Source of the DNA: Bacteroidia bacterium
GTDB taxonomy: Bacteria; Bacteroidota; Bacteroidia; B-17B0; Aurantibacillaceae
Assembly (NCBI GenBank): GCA_044238845.1
Contig: JBIICN010000004.1
Coordinates: 73,785-97,784, forward strand
Length of the DNA: 24,000 nucleotides
Reading direction: 5' to 3'
The notes below the pieces were generated by a model. The model did no database searches and was not told the origin of the DNA. It saw nothing but the letters and a program-made list of their open reading frames with translations. Shown one piece after another: positions 13,939 to 20,661 of the stretch. Within the stretch, counting starts at the first letter, position 1, and every line of letters begins with the position of its first letter. The position numbers and the translations under genes were made by a program.

Positions 13939-14010
13939 TTGTCGGAAATGGACTCGAACCACTATTCTCAGATTCAAACTCTGACGTCCTGCCGATTAGA
14001 CGATCCGACA
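13939..14010 (-). tRNA. tRNA-Gln (UUG)
   Basis: UGUCGGA UC GUCU AAUCGGCA GGAC G UCAGA GUUUGAA UCUGA GAAU AGUGG UUCGAGU CCAUU UCCGACA A. The U1-A72 pair is as in bacterial tRNA-Gln. Confidence 0.85.
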
Positions 14011-14020
14011 ATACATTCAC

Positions 14021-14051
14021 AAAAAAAGCCCGGTCGTTTTACGGATCGGGC
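14021..14051 (-). terminator. Intrinsic terminator abutting the 5' end of the tRNA array
   Basis: Minus-strand stem GCCCGAUC / GACCGGGC followed by UUUUUUU. The U-run ends 10 nt before tRNA-Gln. Confidence 0.6.
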
Positions 14052-14234
14052 TTATGTTAAAACATACCAATCCTGGTCAATCATTAAGTTGTGATTGAAA
14101 ACTATATATAAAACTATGCGGTCGTAAAGCCATTAATTTATTTTTTTGTTTTTTAATAAGGACTGCACCATTTCTTTTGTTTCGGCACAGTCCTTCCTCT
14201 CCGATGATACTTGCATTATTTTTTGTTTATTTAA

Positions 14235-14266
14235 TAAAAAAGCCCGGTCTTATTGAAGACCGGGCT
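14235..14266 (-). terminator. Intrinsic terminator (minus strand)
   Basis: Perfect 11-bp stem agcccggtctt / aagaccgggct with a 4-nt loop and a U-run on the minus strand only. Confidence 0.7.
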
Positions 14267-14367
14267 GCTATCAGACGCGCTGATACATACGATCTCCTTT
14301 CAGGAATATCCCGGTATAAAATAAAATAGGGGTTGCGTACTTCGTTTCATGTTTTTTTCTTTTAAAT

Positions 14368-14398
14368 AAAAAACCCCGATTCATCATCGGGGTTTTAA
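14368..14398. terminator. Bidirectional intrinsic terminator
   Basis: Stem aaaaccccgat / atcggggtttt with a 5-nt loop, flanked by A and T runs. Confidence 0.65.
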
Positions 14399-14509
14399 AA
14401 TATTTTATGTTTTAATAAAAAATAAATTACTGACCCCATAAGCACAATAGCGGCGAATGCCCTATTGGACTGAACTTTTGGCGATATGTAAAATAATTTT
14501 TCATGTGTT

Positions 14510-14716
14510 TTTTATAATTTATGTGACAAATGTAAATCATTTTTTTTGATCTCCACCTATTATTTTAAAAATAAATTTTAATAATAATTTGTTTTTATTT
14601 ATTGTGTGCTCTGTACATATTGATTTTACTGATGATTCAGGGGCTAATTAAAATTACTATAAATTGAAAAATAATTCATTACACTGAGTGAACTATACTT
14701 TTAAATTAGTAATCTG
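14510..14716. repeat. Direct repeat copy 1 (~205 bp, AT-rich), overlapping the last codons and stop of the AAA/M41 gene
   Basis: Collinear with 19099-19306. Shared anchors are ttttataattt, aaatgtaaatca, ctattatttt, ataaatttta, attgattttact, ataattaaaat, ataaatt, ttacactgagtgaa and ttaattagt. Anchor spacing is 171 versus 170 nt. Confidence 0.7.
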
Positions 14717-16717
14717 TTTTTTTAGGATAGATGAAAATGAAAAATAGTTTTCTTTTTTCTTAAATCCTTCTTCATTGATCCAGCTCTCAGTTGCGTATTT
14801 CCTAACAAAATCAGCTATTCCGACTTCTTCTATTTTGTGATTTTCAGTTAAGTATTCAGATAGTTTAAGGAGTAATAATTTATTTTTTTGTAGTATTTCT
14901 TCCGCTTCCTGTTCACATTCATTGATCAAGTGCAGAGCTTCCTGTTTATGTTTCTCTCCCATAAAAAAGTACTCATTATTATTTGGTGCAGAAACAGCAA
15001 TGGAAATGGGGTCTGATCCCATTGCATAATACTTGATAGCTTTATTTGCCAAATTGGTTGCGTTCTCAATATCAGAACAAACACCCGAAGATGTGTTCTC
15101 TTCTCCAAAGATCATTTTTTCGGCTACATAACCTCCTAATGAAATAATGATTTCTTTTTTAAGAATATCTCTGGTCAGCAAGCCGTCCGGTGAGTTTACC
15201 ATACAAAACCCATCGCAGCCATCAGAGGCAGATTTGGACACTATGAGTGATGGAAGAATCTTTAATGTCATAACAGCCAGTACTGCGTGACCAGATTCAT
15301 GAACGGCAGTGTGTGCTTGAAGATCTTTATCAACGGTTCTTCTTAACGTGTCAATTTTAAGCAATACTTTTTCCTCGTAAATATTAAGCACGCAATTTTG
15401 TTCGTCTTTAAATACAAATACATACTTGTCGTCATGATATGACCATTCAACATTGGTTACCTTCAGGTTTTTGCCTATCACTTCAATGGCAATTTTACTT
15501 ACCCAGGTTTCCACATAATTTTTTATGGTTGTTAAAACAGGTCTGGTGCCTTGTGCTGGAAAAACACCTTCTTTATAAACCAAGTCGTGAACAGATGCAT
15601 GATAACTGATCTCAAAATTGAATTGTGTTTTTATAAACACATTGATACGTTGAAGTTCTCTTTTAATTAATTCTTTAAAGTTCTCATTTTTAAAAGCCCT
15701 GTAGATAATGTGATTATTTCCTAATCGTGCTATTTGTTCTGAACGAAATCTTTTCTTTAAAGCAGATTTGATATTGGTAATATTTATTTTAAGAGTATCC
15801 TCGTGTAGTTCGTCTGCGCTTATATCAGGATTGATGGAATGACTCATTCCATAAGCTTCATCGAGATTGCCTAAAACAAAAATGATGGCTTTAGATAGAT
15901 CTAACTCTTTAAGTGCACTTCTTGTTTTTATTCCCCTCACCAGAAGATCAGTAATTCCTTTTAGATCAGCCTTTAAAATTTCTTGCTTTAAAGATTCGCG
16001 AATGATATCATCATTATTTGTTAGATAAAATAGACCATCAATAAAGTCGGAGGATAAAAAATAGTTTTTATCAAGTGTCTCGTTTCTATTTTGATTCTCG
16101 AAGTAAAAACTTTTAAAGATCTCTAGGAATGTATCTTCATTTTTTGTCACGATACCGTTTTCTATTTCCACACCTTGCTCTTTAGCTTTTAAAAGGTTAA
16201 TTAAACAGACATCTGCACGTTTTACATAAAATGCGTTGTTATACGGGATGTAGTTAATGCGACCGCTATCAATCAAGTCCCAAATAACTCTTAATTTATC
16301 TTTGCCTAATTCTTCTCCATTTTTATCTATTGTGCGGGCAAATTGAAACTCGTCGAGACAGATCATACATGGTTGTTCATGAAAAAATTCTAGGTCATCT
16401 GTCAATGTACTTTTAAACCAGGATGCTGAATCCGATTCAAATTCGCCCATATCCATTTGCGCATAGAGTTTTTTATATTCCAGTAATTCAACTAGTTTTT
16501 TTACAAGAGCGGTTTTGCCTGAGCCAGTCATGCCCCAAAGATTAATAACCAAAGGTCTTAATTGCGCCTGCGGGAATAGATACCATGCTGAAACTAAATT
16601 CATCACTTCATCAATGATTAGATCAAGACCTATGAAGTGAGTTTTTAGTTCATTACTTATTTCACTTATTTTTTCTTTCTTCAGGAGTATCTCCTGATGT
16701 AATTTATTATGTTCCAT
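14693..16717 (-). CDS. Soluble P-loop ATPase fused to an FtsH/M41-like zinc metalloprotease domain
   Basis: It has Walker A (WGMTGSGKT) and Walker B (MICLDEF). The C-terminal domain carries HESGHAV (HExxH) plus LGGYVAEKMIFG and SDIENATNLA, resembling the FtsH blocks LGGRAAE and NDIE.AT. No TM segment is present. I prefer the ATG at 16717 (MEHNKLHQ...), which overlaps the prfH stop by 11 nt. Confidence 0.8.
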   Translation of the reverse strand: MEHNKLHQEILLKKEKISEISNELKTHFIGLDLIIDEVMNLVSAWYLFPQAQLRPLVINLWGMTGSGKTALVKKLVELLEYKKLYAQMDMGEFESDSASWFKSTLTDDLEFFHEQPCMICLDEFQFARTIDKNGEELGKDKLRVIWDLIDSGRINYIPYNNAFYVKRADVCLINLLKAKEQGVEIENGIVTKNEDTFLEIFKSFYFENQNRNETLDKNYFLSSDFIDGLFYLTNNDDIIRESLKQEILKADLKGITDLLVRGIKTRSALKELDLSKAIIFVLGNLDEAYGMSHSINPDISADELHEDTLKINITNIKSALKKRFRSEQIARLGNNHIIYRAFKNENFKELIKRELQRINVFIKTQFNFEISYHASVHDLVYKEGVFPAQGTRPVLTTIKNYVETWVSKIAIEVIGKNLKVTNVEWSYHDDKYVFVFKDEQNCVLNIYEEKVLLKIDTLRRTVDKDLQAHTAVHESGHAVLAVMTLKILPSLIVSKSASDGCDGFCMVNSPDGLLTRDILKKEIIISLGGYVAEKMIFGEENTSSGVCSDIENATNLANKAIKYYAMGSDPISIAVSAPNNNEYFFMGEKHKQEALHLINECEQEAEEILQKNKLLLLKLSEYLTENHKIEEVGIADFVRKYATESWINEEGFKKKENYFSFSSILKKQITNLKV

Positions 16718-17348
16718 GTTTTTTTTCTTTTTTAAAATCCTTTCCTGTGTATACACGTTTTGGATTTCCTCTTTCGAGTTCGTTATGATTTTGCCACATT
16801 GATTGTAAATTCTTTTCAATGGATGTGATTTGCCATTTCATAAAAAGTACTTTCAATCTTTCGGTAGCTGATTTTTTATTTTGAAGTTGTGAGCGCGAGT
16901 CGTTTGCCATGACTTGTAAACCAGAAGGCTGATGGATGGCCCTTACAGCTGATTCTACTTTATTTACATTTTGTCCACCAGGCCCTGAAGACCGCATGGT
17001 TTGATAAACAATATCTTTTTCATCCCATTTTGGTAAAACCGATTCATCGTAACAATGAATACCAATAAACCAGTTCTTTCGTTTATGAAATTTACGATAT
17101 GGACTTTGTGCGATCCAGAGTAAACTTCCGTCCCAACTCTCCGCTAATGAACCCGCATATTTTCCATGCAATTTTACGGTCGCCGAAAATAAGGTTCCAT
17201 TCTCATCTGCAGGAACGCGTTCTATGACTTCATGTAATAGGTTGTATTCTTTTGCTTCTTTTAATATTTCTTTTAACGCCATGGCAACTGCAAGACAGCA
17301 TTCTGCCGGACCTTTACCTGATGTTATCTGTATTATTTTTGTTTCCAT
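16707..17348 (-). CDS. prfH: Peptide chain release factor H (PrfH)
   Basis: 213 aa with the GGQ motif in SSGPGGQNVNKVESAVR. It has the short RF-H-type architecture and sits immediately downstream of an rtcB paralog. Confidence 0.9.
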   Translation of the reverse strand: METKIIQITSGKGPAECCLAVAMALKEILKEAKEYNLLHEVIERVPADENGTLFSATVKLHGKYAGSLAESWDGSLLWIAQSPYRKFHKRKNWFIGIHCYDESVLPKWDEKDIVYQTMRSSGPGGQNVNKVESAVRAIHQPSGLQVMANDSRSQLQNKKSATERLKVLFMKWQITSIEKNLQSMWQNHNELERGNPKRVYTGKDFKKEKKHGT

Positions 17349-17360
17349 TTTTTTGTTTTT

Positions 17361-17390
17361 AAAGAGTCTTTCAAATTTGAAAGACTCTTT
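17361..17390. promoter_or_regulatory. Perfect 30-nt palindrome between rtcB2 and prfH
   Basis: aaagagtctttcaaa|tttgaaagactcttt has 15 nt per arm, beginning 2 nt after the rtcB2 stop and ending 12 nt before the prfH ATG. Confidence 0.5.
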
Positions 17391-17392
17391 TT

Positions 17393-18796
17393 TTAGCTTT
17401 TATTCATCCTTACTATTTTAGGCGTGAATGATCCTTCAATCTTAACTAGTTGTTGTTGGTTGCTCATAACAGTTTCAATATCCTTATAAGCTAATGATGC
17501 TTCCTCAACACTGCCACCGATCAGTTTTATTTTATTCTCTGAAAGAATGTTGTTCAGTGCCGATTTAGAAATGCTTTCTCTTGCTTCTTTACGTGACATT
17601 TTTCTGCCTGCACCATGTGATGCTGAGTTTAATGAACCTTCTGCTCCCATACCACTTACGATGTAACCATTGCTGCTCATACTTCCGGGAATAATTCCTA
17701 GTTCGCCTTTTGAAGCTGGTGTGGCACCTTTGCGGTGAACGATCAGTTCTTGTTCATCATGTATTTCTTTCCAAGCAAAATTGTGATGATTCTCAACTTT
17801 ACATATCGCTTCAAGCCCCATCACGCGTTCCATGTTTTTATGAATTACATCGTGGCAAGCTTTTGCGTAATCACCGGCTAAGTTCATCGACAACCAGTAT
17901 TCCTGTCCCGCTTCTTCATCCATATTAAGCCATGCCATCGATTGCATTTCGCGCGGTAGTTTACATTTCTCTTTGGCAATTTTTGTATACATCGCCGCAA
18001 TAGCTGCACCCATTCCTCTTGAACCACTATGTGATAGCAAACCAATATACTTTCCAGGAGCAATCCCAAGGTTATTGTCGCTCTGAATATTCACATCTCC
18101 GAATTCCACAAAGTGATTTCCTGTGCCTGATGAGCCCAATTGATACCAGGCTTTTCCATGTAGGCGTCTTAATAATTCGGTTGATTGAAATTCTGGACGT
18201 TCCAGTACTTCATGGTCTACTTCAAAATCGAGTGTGCCTTCGTTACCAAAATGCGTATAGCGTCTTAACGCTTTTTGAAGATCATATTCTTTTTTCTGAA
18301 TATAATTTTCAGGCAGTGCATAAATGCTTAATGCCATACGACAACCTATGTCAAGTCCTACACCAAACGGTATCACTGCATTTTTTGCTGCTAATACTCC
18401 GCCAATTGGCAAACCATAACCATGATGAGCATCCGGCATCAAAGCACCTTTTACGGAGATCGGTAATCTCATTGCTGCTTCCATTTGCAGGATAGCATTT
18501 TGTGAGATCTGTCTTTGTCCATAAATTGTAAAGTCGCCTGTATTCTTGAGCATATGAACTTCATAGTCGGTTTTCATTTTTGGTTTTCCAACAAGAGCTC
18601 TGGCCAAAGGCATCAGGTATTCATGCTCTAAGTAAGTTTCAGGATCTAAAAGAACGTTATTAATAATTTCTAATTTTTCTTCATTTGAAACATGTTTGTA
18701 ATGTTTCGTCATTATATTGATAGCAACACTTTTTGCTATATCCGAAGGGAAATCTACTTTACGTAAATGTTTTCCCTTCAATCGGTTTTTTCCCAT
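17393..18796 (-). CDS. rtcB: RtcB-family RNA ligase, copy 2 (PrfH-associated)
   Basis: 467 aa with the same catalytic blocks as copy 1 (MPDAHHGYGLPIGGV, GLDIGCRM, GTGNHF, HSGSRG, NHHNFAW, HRKGATP). Confidence 0.95.
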   Translation of the reverse strand: MGKNRLKGKHLRKVDFPSDIAKSVAINIMTKHYKHVSNEEKLEIINNVLLDPETYLEHEYLMPLARALVGKPKMKTDYEVHMLKNTGDFTIYGQRQISQNAILQMEAAMRLPISVKGALMPDAHHGYGLPIGGVLAAKNAVIPFGVGLDIGCRMALSIYALPENYIQKKEYDLQKALRRYTHFGNEGTLDFEVDHEVLERPEFQSTELLRRLHGKAWYQLGSSGTGNHFVEFGDVNIQSDNNLGIAPGKYIGLLSHSGSRGMGAAIAAMYTKIAKEKCKLPREMQSMAWLNMDEEAGQEYWLSMNLAGDYAKACHDVIHKNMERVMGLEAICKVENHHNFAWKEIHDEQELIVHRKGATPASKGELGIIPGSMSSNGYIVSGMGAEGSLNSASHGAGRKMSRKEARESISKSALNNILSENKIKLIGGSVEEASLAYKDIETVMSNQQQLVKIEGSFTPKIVRMNKS

Positions 18797-18981
18797 GATT
18801 GAGTTTTTTTGGATCAGGCAAAAGTTTTCCAGGGCCGAAAATTTCCGACAGTTTAAAATGCTAATGCATTCTGGTTTAAATCTTACCTGAAGATTTACAA
18901 TAAAATTTATTTTTTTGATTCCCGGATTTTTTCTGACTCCCCAGAAAATTTTGCTTCAATGTTTATTTAATTGAGGCAAAC

Positions 18982-19006
18982 AAAAAACCCGGCTTATAAA
19001 CCGGGC
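18982..19006 (-). terminator. Intrinsic terminator ~185 nt upstream of the rtcB2 start (leader or attenuator position)
   Basis: The minus-strand stem CCCGGUU / AGCCGGG has 7 bp including one U-G pair that is a C-A mismatch on the plus strand. It has a UAUA loop and is followed by UUUUUUGUUUG. Confidence 0.6.
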
Positions 19007-19098
19007 TGAAAGTATTGATATTAGCTTATCCGGCTTAAGTGTGCTTATTTAAGTTTAATGCTAACATAGTTTCTCTTTCTTATGAATTTGGTTGTTTA

Positions 19099-19306
19099 TT
19101 TTATAATTTGTGATGCAAATGTAAATCAAATTTTTTATTCACCAACTATTATTTTTGAAATAAATTTTAAGTAGGATAAGATTTGTTTTTTTATATTCTT
19201 TGAAGTCATTGATTTTACTATGAATTCGGAGCATAATTAAAATCAATATAAATTATAAAATAATCTTTACACTGAGTGAATATTCTTTTTTAATTAGTTA
19301 AATGTG
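19099..19306. repeat. Direct repeat copy 2 (~205 bp)
   Basis: See copy 1. It lies in the divergent intergenic region between rtcB2 and the M48-like gene. Confidence 0.7.
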
Positions 19307-19447
19307 TTTGAAATAGAATTTAGGTGAAAGCAAGACAATAACGAATTATGTATCATTAAACCTTTTTGTTCATAATCATTAAAAAAATGATTCATCTATA
19401 ACCTTAACATAATATTTGGTTTGATGAAAAATCATTAAATTACTGTC

Positions 19448-20659
19448 ATGAATCTACAACCATTTGATTATCATACAAAGCTTCGAAGCAACCTTAAAGG
19501 TCAGAAAAAGACTTGGGATTGGTTCTCATCAATTAAAGTAAAAGACGAGCAATTGAAAGAGTTTAAATCAAACTTATTGAAGAACACATATCGTCTTGAT
19601 AAAGAAAGCAATCTTGAGTTATATGAAAAAGTTCAAGTAGCAAAGGATAAACTAGGATTGAATATTGATGTGACCATTTATCAAGCACAGAACTCAGTTG
19701 ATAACAATGCAGGAATTTCTTACTTACCAGGAGAGGCTCATATTGTTCTTTCAGGTCAAATAATGAAACTGCTAACTGGTGATGAACTTCTTTCTATAAT
19801 TGCTCACGAGTTATCACATGTTCGTTTATTTACTATTGAAAATTCAGAATTTGAAGTAGCAGATCGTATTATTACTTCGATTGCGAATGATTATAGAAGT
19901 GAAGATGTTTACATTGAAACAGCTCGTTTATTTAGACTATATATGGAATTATATTGCGACAGAGGCTCCTTATTGGTTACTGATAGTATAGACACTGTTC
20001 TCTCGGGCTTGATAAAAATAAACACAGGACTTGATAAAGTATCAGTAGAAAGTTATCTGAAACAGGCTGAAGAAATATTTGTTGCTGAGAAAGCTAAATC
20101 CGAGTATCAAACACATCCAGAAAATTATATTAGAGTTAGAGCTTTGAAACTCTGGGAAACTGAAAAAGAGAAATCAGAAAAGCAAATTAGAGACATGATA
20201 GAGGGTGATATTCAACTTAACGGCTTGGATCTCTTTAAACAAAATAAGATAAAAGATTTGACCTTTAGTTTGATTAAACTTCTACTAAAGCCCAAATGGA
20301 CAAGAACAACAGCAGTTCTAAGTTTGGCAAAACAATATAAAAGCGATTTTAAAACTGATGCTACAATTGTAATCAATGATGAATTAGTAAACACTATAAG
20401 TTCTTTATCCAAATCAGTTAAAGAATATTTATCTTATGTCTTACTTGATTTTGCGCTTGTTGATCCAACACTAGAGGATGTTCCCATGGGATTTGCTTTT
20501 CAATTGGCGGAAGATTTGACATTAAAAGATTTCTTTAATGAAGTTGTGAAGAAAGAATTGAAATTGGGAGAACGTAAATTGTCTGATTTACATAAAAAAG
20601 CAGCCAAAGCATTATCTGAAATAAAAGAATCAAATCAAGAACATATTTACGAAGACTAG
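19448..20659 (+). CDS. M48-like zinc metallopeptidase (soluble)
   Basis: 403 aa with the HExxH motif in IIAHELSHVRLF and the downstream block QTHPENYIRVRAL, resembling the M48 third-ligand region. No TM helices are evident. Confidence 0.7.
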   Translation: MNLQPFDYHTKLRSNLKGQKKTWDWFSSIKVKDEQLKEFKSNLLKNTYRLDKESNLELYEKVQVAKDKLGLNIDVTIYQAQNSVDNNAGISYLPGEAHIVLSGQIMKLLTGDELLSIIAHELSHVRLFTIENSEFEVADRIITSIANDYRSEDVYIETARLFRLYMELYCDRGSLLVTDSIDTVLSGLIKINTGLDKVSVESYLKQAEEIFVAEKAKSEYQTHPENYIRVRALKLWETEKEKSEKQIRDMIEGDIQLNGLDLFKQNKIKDLTFSLIKLLLKPKWTRTTAVLSLAKQYKSDFKTDATIVINDELVNTISSLSKSVKEYLSYVLLDFALVDPTLEDVPMGFAFQLAEDLTLKDFFNEVVKKELKLGERKLSDLHKKAAKALSEIKESNQEHIYED

Positions 20660-20661
20660 AC

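Noticed and set aside
8980-14010. Recurring ggattcgaacc-type repeats as a possible CRISPR array or tandem repeat
   Set aside because: They are the T arms (GGUUCGAAUCC) of tRNAs and tRNA-like modules on the minus strand. Spacing and flanks fit cloverleafs, not repeat-spacer units, and no cas genes are present.
14201-14348. Minus-strand CGAAGUAC (14335-14348 region) and GCAAGUAUC (14201-14214 region), complementary to the conserved Y-like octamer, as possible antisense regulators
   Set aside because: The complementarity is only 7-8 nt. A given 7-mer is expected a few times by chance in 48 kb of two-strand AT-rich sequence, so it is not supportable without expression and interaction data.
14926-15108. 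60-aa minus-strand ORF within the ATPase/M41 gene, plus the ORFs 17224-17421, 17710-17928, 17884-18069, 18019-18495, 20212-20412 and 22701-22985
   Set aside because: Each is out of frame or antisense inside a well-supported larger CDS (protease, prfH, rtcB2, M48, helicase). None has recognisable motifs.
18797-18981. Possible riboswitch in the rtcB2 leader
   Set aside because: I found only a local 8-bp hairpin (UAAAUCUU/AAGAUUUA) and an upstream terminator, with no recognisable riboswitch core. It is kept as a generic leader or attenuator under the repeat and terminator findings.
3504-19306. Calling the RNA-repair region a mobile genomic island
   Set aside because: No integrase, transposase, conjugation or phage structural gene is visible in the window. 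Only the ~205-bp direct repeats and the GC-rich element hint at mobility, so it is reported as a hypothesis only.
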